From positions 7,998,001 to 8,062,000 of the forward strand of contig CM035351.1 in the NCBI GenBank assembly GCA_020137815.1: DNA of 64,000 bases, written 5' to 3'. This document shows, piece by piece, positions 25,539 through 37,900 of this stretch. A program made the position numbers and the translations under genes. The DNA is from Hormiphora californensis (taxonomy: Eukaryota; Animalia; Ctenophora). Within the stretch, counting starts at the first letter, position 1. Each line of letters starts with the position of its first letter. The notes beneath the pieces are model-generated. The model did not search any database. It was given only the letters and a program-made list of their open reading frames with translations, and was not told the origin of the DNA.

Positions 25539-26288
25539 TTACCATATCAAACTAAACCAGCTTGACTTTTCATTCAAGCCAAGATTGTCTGAAACACTGA
25601 AGAAATAATCAAACAAAACAAAGCACGGTGCCCAAAAGAGTCCCAGGCGAGGTTTCCATCTGAATCTCACTACTCCTTTAGAGGAGAAGATGTTCAGTGG
25701 AGTTTGTCGAGAGAGTACTCCCCCCTGGTAAAGAGAGCAGGGTTGACACTGGGGAAACAATCGTTGGCTGGTACACCCAGTGTGTAGGGAAGTAGGTGGC
25801 ATGTGATCTGAGATGTATTGAGCTGTGTAGGTACCACAGTGATGGCAACCACGTCGCTCTCCAATCATTTGAACTCTCTGCTTCATAGAGGGGGAGGGCA
25901 GTAACCCTTTATTATTTACCAGTACAGATTCCCTGCTAAACGCTCCTGGGAAGGCGATGTGGCTGGGTAATATATCGGTTGGGCGACCTCCACACAACCC
26001 ATACACAACTAATTGAGTGATGCTCTGCAGGTAAAGAATGTGGTGATGTGTTGGCACCAGCAATGGACTAAAGATCATTGCCAGCAAGTGAGATGTTGCA
26101 ACATTGGCTCCGTGGTGAAGGATACAACTCAGAATACCGGAGATTACTGGAATGTTTCGATGAAAATATACGGCATGGGAGATTGTTTGTAGTCCGGCTA
26201 GACAGAGCTGATGACTGATAAGCCCCAGAATAAAGCAGGTGAGTAATGGCCCGAACTGAAACTCGTTAAGAAAGAGTGCTGCGTTCAT
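25539..26288 (-). CDS. Intronless 249-aa protein: hydrophobic N-terminal segments plus an HNH/His-Me-finger-like Zn motif
   Basis: Complete ATG-to-stop ORF. Motif GCHHCG-x7-DHMPP-x9-QRLFPQCQPCSLYQGG has the CxxC...DH.P...CxxC layout of HNH-type nucleases. Confidence 0.75.
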   Translation of the reverse strand: MNAALFLNEFQFGPLLTCFILGLISHQLCLAGLQTISHAVYFHRNIPVISGILSCILHHGANVATSHLLAMIFSPLLVPTHHHILYLQSITQLVVYGLCGGRPTDILPSHIAFPGAFSRESVLVNNKGLLPSPSMKQRVQMIGERRGCHHCGTYTAQYISDHMPPTSLHTGCTSQRLFPQCQPCSLYQGGVLSRQTPLNIFSSKGVVRFRWKPRLGLFWAPCFVLFDYFFSVSDNLGLNEKSSWFSLIW

Positions 26289-26518
26289 ACTTCATAACTC
26301 ATTTGCCATTTCCCTATTAAATGAGAGATAAGATTTTGATTTTTCTTGATGGATGGCTGGAGAACTTTAATATTAACACTGAACACACTATAAAACCGGT
26401 CCGGGATTCCCAGATAACACAGATAGCTCGGCATTCCGATAGTTGTAATTTTCAATTTTCAGAAAAGCTTTTCCAGCATACCGACATGGAAAACTCCAGC
26501 AATAATTCCCAGATACTA

Positions 26519-26600
26519 CAGTCGGACCCCGATTTAACGGCACCCTCGGGGGAAAGGGTTTTGTCCGTTAAATCGGGGTGTCCGTTAAATCGGGGTAGAG
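26519..26600. mobile_element. Left end of a related CAGTCGGACCCCGATTTA element
   Basis: TA|CAGTCGGACCCCGATTTAACGG followed by inverted CCGTTAAATCGGGG repeats; no matching right end found. Confidence 0.65.
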
Positions 26601-26825
26601 CATATTTGGCCCATAAAACCCTATTTTTGTCCAAAATTTATTTATTATTTATTTATTTATTATCTCTGATTTACATTACAATATAACATGTAATATTGCA
26701 CCTTCTTGCGTGCTAAAGAACTGGTACTCGGATTGTTCTGAACATTAAAAGATAGTCTGTTTGTGATGGTTTTCAATGAAAAGGTAATTAGATTAGGTTA
26801 AAATGGGCATGCTGCTGATAGAATA

Positions 26826-28502
26826 GGGTAGACCGGGGTAATTTGGACGGTTTTGGCATTCAATTGGTATTTCAAGAGCCATTAATTTACTTAATCAATT
26901 AGTTAGCTACTCAATTTGTGCAACTGAACCTTTATCTTGAGCCTCAGAACAAATTTGAATCGAAAACATAACTTTTAGATAGCTAATTAACCTTGTTAAT
27001 GAAGGTAAGTCGGAATATTTTTGATCGCGAGACACGGGGCAATTTGGACTAGTGGCTTCTAGACCAATCACAATGTGCGCATTCAATCACGTGACCGCGA
27101 CACACCACATTGCCCCAGCTGTAAATCTGCGATGTAAATCAGACCGAGGTTGGGGCTATTTGGACAAACTTAGATTGTAGCCACAGTTTTTGAGATATCG
27201 ATTTCAAACTTTTCAGTCATCTAGTAATTTAGTATCCTGTGCTATTCCTTTTTTCAAAATTAGTTAATTAAGTAGTAATTAGCCTAATTAACCAAAAAAT
27301 TAAGTGTTCATCAGATCTATATCTATAGGGTGCATTTTCGAAAGCTCAGGATTAGCCTAGTCGATTAGAAAAAGATTTAATCTAATCCCAAATAGGGTTT
27401 TTGAGAAAATCGACATCAAAGATCAAAAAACCACAAATAAAGCTACGGTTTTCAAAGGAATGCTGTTTGTGTTTTCAGGTGCTTACAAGGCCAGAAATTA
27501 CTATTATGGGGATCCAGTCTAATTAATCATGTTAGTGGCCGATTCCCACTCAATGCAATTCCCTGAGGTTACTATAGCAACAGAGTTTGTTACCATAGTA
27601 ACAGGTGAATTTGCATTAATGTACTATTTTCTTGCTCCAAATTCACCCATTACATCCGTATTATTAGACTATCGATTATTTAAACAAGATTGTGAGTCAC
27701 AATGAGACATCAGACTACCTTCAGTTACCAGCCAGTCAGGGGCTTTGGTTATCAAATGTATGCCTATTGCTCTAAGTTAGCCTGTAATTTATCCCTTTAT
27801 TTGCAGTTATATCAGCTGCATATGGATGATTATCATGATAAAACACTACTTTTGGTCATCAAAGCACCAGTCCTAGATATTCTGGAGCACCCTATGAAGT
27901 TGGTTTGTCGAATGCCACACCATGGATTGACTTGTTACCTTGGCATCCAGAGAATTGGTTGTAAAATGCGCCTTTTTTTCTATTTTTTTGGTCTATTTAC
28001 TCAGTTTTAGCCATCTATATTGATTGAATAGGATAATTATGAAAGCAGGTTGTCTATGGTTACCATAGAAACGAGTATAATGGCGCCATGAGGCCAATTC
28101 GTTTTAACCAATTTGCCCCATGGGGCAATTTGGTCTAGTCCAAATTGCCCCATGGGGCAATCTGGATTATGACCGAATTGCCCCCGATTTTTTCGTCCGA
28201 ATTGCCCCAAATTGTCCGAATTGCCCCGCTTCATTAAAATGCCAATTAGCTAATTAAATCGAAAGCTAATGTCATTTTGATGATGAAACTGAATAGAAAA
28301 GTATCATATTGTGAAATTCTGACCCTTAATTTAAATAATTATCATAATTAAGTTTACCGAAATAAAGTTTAACTTTAAAGTCGTCATTTTTCGTTATTTC
28401 ACACTAAACACCACAATTTAAAAGTTCCATATAAATCACTAGTCCACATTGCCCCGTCCTGTGACCACATTGCCCCACCGTCCAAATTACCCCGGTCTAC
28501 CC
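26826..28502. mobile_element. Non-autonomous DNA transposon, ~1.68 kb, 26-bp perfect TIRs, TA-flanked (pogo/Fot1-like)
   Basis: ta|GGGTAGACCGGGGTAATTTGGACGGT ... ACCGTCCAAATTACCCCGGTCTACCC|ta, with internal GGGGCAATTTGG repeats in both orientations (27036, 27151, 28110-28230, 28445-28476). Confidence 0.9.
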
Positions 28503-28699
28503 TATTAAGTTAATGATAGTGATTAAATTAATAAGATAAAATAGTGTAGATAAGTTAATGCTGTTAAGATTTAAAATAAGTGTAGATAAGTTTTAATAAA
28601 TAGTAGATAGAAATATAAAATATGCTGATTGAAGGGTAATAATAAGTTAATTAATAGAATAAAATCAACAGTATAATTTAATAAGTATAAAAATATTGT

Positions 28700-28830
28700 A
28701 AAACAGTATACAGTGTTGAAACAGTATACAGTGTTGAAACAGTATACAGCGGTAAAACTGTGGTAATAAAACAGTATTGTATAATGATCTAGTAAAAAAC
28801 AGTATACAGTAGTAAAACAGTATACAGTCC
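28700..28830. repeat. 18-bp tandem repeat (aaacagtatacagtgttg) in AT-rich DNA
   Basis: Several direct copies visible. Confidence 0.85.
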
Positions 28831-29658
28831 AAAAAGGACATGGTTTCAGCGTAACATTCCTTGTGCCTGTCACAAATCTTCTTGGCCGCTCGCTCCAAAA
28901 CCTTCCCTACTTCTCCGGCAAACCTCCCGACGTGGAGAATACGAGGGGCGTGGAGGAACACAGATTATAAATTTAATCGCGCCCGAACATTTTCGTGTTC
29001 GAAAATTTCAGGTGAGCTGAGCTGTGCAAATTTTAAGATGCGCGGCTTTAAAAATTCAACTTTCGGCAGCGCATTTGATGATTTTGTCTAGATTTATTGC
29101 GCGTTACATTTTTGGCACATCTGTAAACTGTTTGATTTTCCCCCCCATTTTTTCCCCGTTTTTTTAAAGATGAGAGCGGGGCCAGCGTCAAAATCTGGGT
29201 GTTTCGTGAGTGCTGACAAATGGTTTATTAGGGTTATGGCTAAAGTAGGGTTAGGGTTAGGGTTGGGGTTAGACCTTAACATTCCCTACCAGGAAATTAG
29301 CCAAAACATTTGAGTGGTTCGGCGGTTAGAGCCGTTTTAGTGAATCAACTTTTTTGGCAGCGCACACCTGTAAATATATAAATTCATGTAAACAGGCCAC
29401 TGACAAACGGTTGAGTGGTTTGGCGGTTAAAGCCATTTTAATGAAAGGTATTTTTAGAAACGCTACCTGTAAAAATGGCCGCCGTTACGATCTGGGTGTT
29501 TAAAGGCTCAACTCTCAAGGATGCTAGATCGTAACGGTTCCCTGTGCAGCTCGGAAAAGTCAAAATTTGGGTGCATTCCATTGCTAACAATCCATCGATT
29601 TTGGCGGTCGAGACGGGTTAGGGTTGACTGTTATAACCCCAAAAAACACTAACCAGAC

Positions 29659-30235
29659 GGGGGGGTAATCATGGTGACAAATGGTGACAAATGGTGACAT
29701 ATGGTGACAAATGGTGATGGTGACATGACCAAAATTTGGAGATGAGTCACCATTTGTCACCATTCTCTCTGGAGCTTCCTACAGGCATAATATGATGTTA
29801 TGGGACATAATATGATGTTATGGGACACTGGGGGACACTTCTACCAAGTTTCAAGTCGATTGGATGTAATTAAGGGGTCACAGGTGGTTAATTGCACTTT
29901 TATGTGTTGTGCGATGGAGTTACACCCTCAACGTGACTTTCGGGAAGTTTTAGCGGTCCAAAACACTACTAGCCGATCCGGAATGGCCATGTTAACAACT
30001 TATGAACAAATATATCGGTCTAAAGAAATTAAAAATTTTTATCAAATTTCTTTAAAAATTTTAAAGAAATTCTGCCGAAATCCGCATATTTCGTCAAAAA
30101 ATGGAGACAAATGGAGACAAATGGTGACAAATGGAGATAAATGGTGACAAATGGTGATGGTGACATACCCTAAATAGTCAGATGAGTCACCAATTGTCAC
30201 CAATTGTCACCATTTGTCACCATGATAACCCCCCC
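29659..30235. mobile_element. Non-autonomous TIR element, 577 bp, 8-bp TSD AACCAGAC, G7/C7 termini (Merlin/MULE-like; superfamily uncertain)
   Basis: aaccagac|GGGGGGGTAATCATGGTGACAAATGGTGACAA ... TTGTCACCATTTGTCACCATGATAACCCCCCC|aaccagac. Confidence 0.9.
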
Positions 30236-30362
30236 AACCAGACCCTAACAATCACTCAAAAGTCAGTCGCAACTCGTCCGTCTGTAAATTGACTCAAATA
30301 ATTAGTATGGACAATTCATCTAAGTTTCATTTAGCCATAGCACAGAGACGCTCTTTCAATAG

Positions 30363-31355
30363 TTATTGTTTGTTACTATTGTTCCTATTCACCCTTTCCA
30401 GACACAATGTGATTCTATTCCTGGCCGATTTGATCTTTTCGTCTAACCACCGAGCGTAGTCTGGCATCCGGAAACAGTATACCACCGGGTTGAGTGTTGC
30501 GTTTATTGCTATACACAACACCTTGGCCAGTACCATACTGTGCCAGTGCATAAAAACTGGGGCGAACAGAGTCCCGGGAAACATCTCTCCCTTGACATTC
30601 ATGGCCATCAGGAAAATCAGCAGGATTGAGATGGGTAGATTACAGATAAGGAATAGTCCAGATACGATCACGATGGTGATAGATACAGATACATTCTTTG
30701 CACTCGCACCCCTAATCTGCACCTGGGAGGCTCTGTACAAGGCAGTTATTGAAACCACACAACTGATCAGGACAACCACACTTGGGAGAAGAATCACCAA
30801 GGACGCGAAGAGGTTCCCAGTTGTAATCCAAATCTTCACAGACTCGGTCATGTTTTCAATGTTTTCCACGAAAATAATTTTGCTACAATAACAATCATCA
30901 ACAACGTAAACGTACTTTGCATTGAATTGATAGTTCAGCCCTGTCATAATACACAGGAGTGTACAGAAAAGGAAGAGAGTACGGAAAACCCACTCGGACT
31001 TGATGTGGAAGAGGGGTTTTAGGATGGCAATTGTCCTAGTAACACTTAGTAACATGACCAGGAACACCCCACTGTTAAGGAGGAACTCAAACAGGACGGT
31101 CCACGAGGTACATATGATTTGGCTGGAGAAGGCCAGTGGCTCCCTATCCATGGAGAGGAGAGAAACCATTACAGGGATGTGTTGAAGACATGTTAGTATG
31201 TCTATAGCTGTCATAGCGGTGTACAGTTTCTGGGGTAGAGATTTGGGTGGTCCTAGAAGGAAGTAGCAGAAGGCGGTTATGTTAGCGGGGGTGCCAACAA
31301 CCAGACATATCAAGAGAGATAACCCTGTGAAATAAAATACTGTCATTATAATCAT
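30363..31355 (-). CDS. Intronless class A (rhodopsin-like) 7TM GPCR, 330 aa
   Basis: Seven hydrophobic segments. TM1 GTPAN, TM2 D, TM3 CxxW...LSVTRTIAILKP (DRY replaced by TRT), TM6 FLICNLP, TM7 NATLNPVVY. Confidence 0.92.
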   Translation of the reverse strand: MIIMTVFYFTGLSLLICLVVGTPANITAFCYFLLGPPKSLPQKLYTAMTAIDILTCLQHIPVMVSLLSMDREPLAFSSQIICTSWTVLFEFLLNSGVFLVMLLSVTRTIAILKPLFHIKSEWVFRTLFLFCTLLCIMTGLNYQFNAKYVYVVDDCYCSKIIFVENIENMTESVKIWITTGNLFASLVILLPSVVVLISCVVSITALYRASQVQIRGASAKNVSVSITIVIVSGLFLICNLPISILLIFLMAMNVKGEMFPGTLFAPVFMHWHSMVLAKVLCIAINATLNPVVYCFRMPDYARWLDEKIKSARNRITLCLERVNRNNSNKQ

Positions 31356-31944
31356 AAAAATGATAAAACCCTTCCTGTTCGTGTACTTTTATAGTTAGTA
31401 CACTAATATCTGACCTGTTGAGAGATCCAGGTACCCAGAGTAATTGGCAGGTTTTTCATAAACATGAACTCGGGTTGAACCCACCAACACACTGGCATTT
31501 CCATCGATCATTATATATCTAGAACGGATTGCAGCTAATTTAGAGCAACGGCAGAACTTGAAAGAGAAAGGGGACAACTGTAGCATACATCTCTATTTGA
31601 TTGGCTATGGTTGAGTGACAGACCCTGTATTTAGGAACAACATAACTAGCCTGAAACTTATCACCATGGTAATATCTCTCTTGCATGTAATGGTGTACCC
31701 TAACAAGTCCCAAAAGTTACAAAACATGGAGAGTTACAATGTCAAATGCTAGGCTAGTTGGCGTTTGAACTCGCATACGCCATACGAAATACCTAACTCG
31801 AGTGAATAAATGTGATTCGATTGACGAAGAACAAAACACCTGGTGACGAACTAAACACTTAATAAAATCCATTTGGCGGTTTGGCCTCTATGTATTGGAT
31901 GACGTATACAACGTGATATTCCCCCTCATTTCCCAGTAGCTACA

Positions 31945-34900
31945 ATGGCAGAGCGGCCCAAGACGGCCGGTATGCGACGTGGTCACAGGGACCAGGTGGA
32001 GCTGCCGGAGGAGCTGGTACTGCCCAGTGTACCATCTGATGGGCTCTTTGGGTCAGAGGACCCTAGTGGGGTTGGGGATGATCTGAGTTCTCTTGCTGAG
32101 GATGATAGGCCCGTGGAGGAAATATATACCGAAGGTACTGTTTAGATATCTCTGGTTAGCCTTCTGAGAAGGCTCTTCTCGTTTTTGATTTGTCCCTTAT
32201 GTGTTAGATGTTTCCTATAACATATATTCCTGGGTTCAGGTACTGCTGAGGTCCTCTATGTTAACCCGAGTGCCGATGACCAGCCAGGACTCACTGAAAA
32301 CTTGGCTGCAAAGTTTAGGTCAGATACAGATGATTGGGAGAGGAAACATATGCAGAACAAACCCTTGGATATGCTGAAGAAACGTTAGTGTAGCTCCCAC
32401 TATTGATAAACCGGGATCATTAACCCGGATACATGATGATAATTGTTGAAATTGGGGTATTCAGTTATTCAAACAACTAAGTATAATAGTGAATCATTTC
32501 TATTTCAGTGAAGCGACCGTGGTCTGCTGTTTCCAAGGTTCAGCCTGCATTTGAGTTGACATCTAGACCAGGCACAGCACCCTCTAGGCGACCAATACCA
32601 GAGGAAAAAGAAACTAGCCTGAATGGAAGCCAAGAGCGTGTTGCATCTCCCGTGGTTTCTGGAGAGCGTGTTACATCCCCTCCAGTACCTGAGGCATGGG
32701 CCCAGCAAGAGGAATCTGGTCAGCCTGTAGAGGAATCTAGACAGTCTGTTATAGAGGGGTCTGCTGCTAAGAATCTATCTAGTGATGAGATAAGAGATTC
32801 TCCCCCTCCTCCACCACCCGCCTCCAGACAAGCATGGACCAATGGAGCTGCAGAGCGATCACCCTCCATCAAATCTACCAAGTCAAGGACATCCAACAAA
32901 TCCGCTAATAACGGGACGTCTACATATGAACCATTTGCTGGTGTCTCTCCTACCGCTTATATCCCCTATAACGTAGCTAAAAAGAACATAGCCCGAGTAT
33001 TGGGGGATATGAAGGCGATGAGAGAGGACCATTGTAAGAGTATTGCTGAGATACATCGCATTTACAAGGAAATAGAGCTGAATACCCAGGTAAAGTAAAA
33101 CAATACCTGAACTTACCTCTCTGTGCTGTATGCTATTTTTCAACTTCTTCTAGATCTGCTATCTGGCCCTGGATATCTCTAGGTTACTCATAACACGATC
33201 AGAAAGTGACAGTCGGGTACAGTACCATGAGATATCTCACACTGTCCTGTTTTTCAGAGCACGTTTACTGAATTTGTAACGGAGCTGAGAGGGGACTATA
33301 GAGATAAAGTGCAGGAGTTTACCCGGATAATTGATCTTTGTATCAAGGATGGTAGTAGGAAAGAACTGCTATGGAAAGATCAGGCTGAGGTATCTTGTTA
33401 TTGAGACAGATGATCTCTTGTTTCATTGTTAGTTAGTACAGCTCCTGTCTCCTCAAATCTCAGCTAACAGAGTAACAGATCTTGTTTTCCTCTTCTTTGT
33501 TTTCATTTATAATTGTTTCCTTGCAGGGTCTATATGCTAACAATACTAAGCTGATACGAGAGATTAACGACCTTATTGACTACAGCAACCGACAAAAAGT
33601 GAACCTCAACAAAACAACGGTATTATAGCAGCTATTGTTACTGTTATAGATACTGTTATAGTTGTGACAGATTCATGAACGATCATGAGACTCGAGCATG
33701 AGACTCAAGAATACAAGCGATACATTATTTGGGTTCATGAACTGCATGATAATAACACTGATAAAACCAATATATGCCCTCTGCTCCAGGCGAGAGAGTT
33801 AGCTTCACTGAGACACAGCATGACGGAAGAGAAGAGACAGCTACTGGTTACCCTTCAAGCAAGAGAAAACAGGCTGAGGGACAGTTATAACACCTACATT
33901 GAGCAGCTGAATGATAAACGGAGGAAGAAAGTGGACCTCTTGAACCAGCAGCATCTCTCTGTAAGTGTCACATCTACCTGTTTACTCAATGGTGACTGTA
34001 ACCCCTGATGAGGGTACCAGTATAAATTTTACCATTTGATATAATATCTTAATTCAAATTTTGCACCATGCTTTTCAGAACATGAGGGTACGAGAGGGTG
34101 TGTTTGCAAGTCAGATCAGTGAGCAAGGTCTCCAGAAAGAGGGGGAGATGGTACAACTGAGGAGGGAACACGAGGACAACATGGTCAAGAGGGCCCAGGA
34201 AGAGGAGGATAGGATCCGATTAGTTAGGGAGGAGGAGAGGAATCATCTGGAACAACTTCAACAGGAGAAGGAGAAAGAGATAGAGAAGTATGTGATTATC
34301 TATTCAGTCGCCTAGCAGTGGCACTGTGTCCGCGCTATGCACGAAAAAAAGACCACACAGTATCTGAAGTTGTTATTGATATCACGTTGAATACTGAATT
34401 TATACTGTATTATATACCTTCCCAGGTTGGTAAATGAGAAGACCAAGTTGGAGGAGGCATGGAATAGTGAGCGGACCCAGATTCAGGAGGAATACCAAAC
34501 CAAGATCGATGCTTTGGATAAGACAATCGAGGAGAGCAATGCTCAGATATCGGTTAGTTTATTAACCCCATACCAAACCAATAACACATCTTTCATAGTC
34601 CAACAATCTTTATAAAGATTGTTGGACTATGAAAGCTTATCTACCCTACCATGCGGTGTAAGCCACACAAAGTCCAACAATCTAACAGGAATAATGTCTG
34701 TAGGTACACGAGACAGCGCTAGCAGAGTATAAATCCAAGGTCGATGAAGACATGAGAATGTTTGAAGAACAGAGGAAGGAAGAGATGAAGAGGATAGCAA
34801 GTGCAGAGAACGAGGAAGAGAAGCAGCGAATATTGGCGGAGTTAGAGGCGAACAAGAGGAAAACGGAGCGTAAAATGAGGAACAGTCTCGCTAATATCCA

Positions 34901-37900
34901 GTTTCATGAGTCACAAAAGAAGACACTCCTTGGAAAAGTTGATCTCGCTGAAAACAAGTAAGAGTGGGGGGGGTATGTGGTTGTTGATGTCTTGTTGTTT
35001 AATGTTCATGCTGATGATTGTTCATTATTTGGGTGTTCCTGCCATCTCTTAGTTAACTACATTAGGACATCCCTCACCCTGTCTGGTTTACTACATCCCT
35101 CCCTCTGACAGGATTCGAGAGACGGTGGTTGAACAGGAGGAGGCGGAGGCAGAAGTGACACATGAGAAAAGTGTGAAAATGAAGGAAATTAAAAGTGTGG
35201 AAGAGTTGAAATCTGCTGAACTTGATCAAATAAAATCAGAGGTATGACGCTGTACCATTCGTTCTTCATTGAGCTGTAACTTTGTTGCTACAATTGTGTG
35301 CTATAACTGTGCTATAACTCCACGCGATAGCACTCCGCAGTTGTTGCCGCTGAGGAAGAAGATGCTATACCACCCCCTACAGCTGACAATTCTACCCCGT
35401 CTCCTGTTGACAATGCTACTACACCTGCTACTATACCGTCCCCTACTGAACAGAAGGCTGGTGAGGTGATCCAGGAATCTGATACACCAGCAGCACTAGT
35501 AACAGCACAACAGGGTGAAACACCAGCAACACCACTTGCTACAACTGCTGAGGTACCGTTAACAATAGCACTGGAGATATGTTAACTTAGTTAACAACTA
35601 CAGCACTGTAGAAATGAAGTAACCAAGTCCTCCATACTAGGCTGCAGGTGTTAGGGTGGTTGTTGATAAAGGGGAGATTGAGAGACTGGAGAGGGTCAAT
35701 ACTGGACTTGATAAGGAGCTACAGAAACTGAAGGAGCAGCTGAAGAAGAACAAAACTTCCCTTGATTCTGCGAGGAGGCAAGCAAAGGTATACTGTCATT
35801 GCACTTTGGTAAGTTGTTTGTTATAACCACTGTTCCACGTCATCAGGAGGAGAAGGAGAAGAGTGAAGGGTTAGAGAAACATCTGAAACTGGTGTTGAGT
35901 GAGTGTTACGAGGATGAGAAGCAACGGAAGCACAACAATAAACGTCTAGTAAGTGCAGCGACATGTCTAATAGAATTCTAATTCTCAGTATCATAAACAG
36001 AAAACTATAGCGGGTGACAGTACTCGACAGTATCTTACCAACCCCCCCCCCCCTACATAAACTGTATCCCCCCAGACATCAAAGCAGGGGGAGCTAGAAG
36101 CACTGCGAGTCCAGAAGGAAGAAATGGAGAAGGAGCTGGCGGAGTGGAGGGCCAAAGCAGAGGAAGGAGGAGGGGAGGAAACATTTGAGAGTTACATTTC
36201 TAGCAAGGAGGAGATGTTGTCCCAACTAGCTGAACAGGAGAGGAATGTCGGAAAAAGTGTTGCTGCACTGACCCTTCTATCGGATGGTGAGATAAGTGCA
36301 GATGTTGTCATGACAACACAACCTACTGAGGAGCAACCTACTCAGGAACAGTCTAATGAGGAACAATCTACTGAAGTTGAAGAATCACCAGCACCTGAAC
36401 CAAAGGAAGAAGATGTTGAAGAGGAAGAACAGCCAACACTTGCTACTGCTGCTACTGCTGCTGCAGTAGATACTACTGAGTTTGAGGAGAGAATAGAGCG
36501 GCTAGAGGAGGAACTTGAGTCCCTGAACGAGGACAAGACAACTCTATCTGAAGAGCGGGACAAAGCAGAGGAGAGGGCTGGACAGTTACAGAACCAAGTT
36601 GAGAAACAGGCATACGAGGTAAGAATCACATTTCACTAATATTTCTGAAAATTCGATGGAACATATATCTAACAGTTTTAAATGCCTAAATATCTAAATA
36701 TCTAAATAAATAAATATCGAAACTTCCCCGTAGTTGGAGAGTGTCAGGGAAACTTTGGCTGAGACGGAGGATAAGATAGTTAAAATAAAGGAGGAGTCTG
36801 ATAGATTGTTGTCTGATGAGAAACAACTAACAGAAGCCAACACAAAGGCTCACAAATCTGAACTGGAGTCTAAACAAGAGGTATTTTTGAAAATAACATG
36901 TCCCAATCAACTTCAAATACAAAATATCTCCCCTCCTTAATATCCCTTTATATCCGTACCTCCGCATCTCAGATAATCCAAAAGCTCCGGGACCAAGTGA
37001 CGGATCTCGAGGCTGAGAAGCTAGCAGCCCTTCCTGCAGATGCCCAGGAGACAATACAAACATACAAGGACAGGATCACCCTACTGGAGCAGGAACAGGA
37101 GAGTATAGACGAGATACGGGGCAAGCTGGAGCTGGCAGTGGATCTGGAGAGGACCAAAGTGGCGTCTCTACAAGACAACATAACACGACTAACCAACACT
37201 GAGAGCGAACTAAACGTAGGTGAAATGTTGGCCAAAAAGTTGTCTAGGAGTTGTTCTAGGAGACATCTGAGTTTTTCAGAAGTTGTTTACAATAGGTAGT
37301 TTAGAAGTACAAGTTTAGTATAACCATGATGCCACCTAACAGGGCAAGTTGGTGGCGCTCAAAGAGGAGAAGGAGAAAGAAGCTAAGGCACTGTTAGAGA
37401 GATGTCAGGCTGCTGAAACTAAACAGGCAACAGCTCAGAGAAGTGAGGCTGGAGAGGAGAAGGGCAAGATCAAACAGTTGAATACTGAAAACAAAAAGCT
37501 AACGGTAAAGAAACTGGATTTCTCCCTTCTCTTTTATGCCTAGGTTTACCTTTTCCCCTGTTATCTCCCCAGAGTCGACCTAATCCCCTTGTATCTTCCC
37601 AGAACCGAGTTTCAAAGCTAGAGGACGAGGTTGAAGATAAGACGAGGCAACTGAAGGACGCTAAAAGTGCCCTCAAGGAAGCTAAGGCTGAAGTGAAGGA
37701 GGCCAGGGCTGAGGCAAAGTCTGCAGGTGGTCCTGCCAAGAAAGGGGCTGCAGGGAAGGCAGCTGCTGCTGGAGGTGGTGCTTCTGATGCTCAGGTATCT
37801 AACTAAATCAAATTTAGTTCTAATCTTACTAAATCTAATCTAAATCAGTTAAATACAGATAGAGATGTTACCCTTCAACACATTTCGCATCCCTTTAGGT

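Noticed and set aside
30490-30530. GPCR as an opsin because of a TM7 lysine
   Set aside because: The Lys lies about 11 residues before NPxxY rather than about 6, and other opsin signatures are absent.
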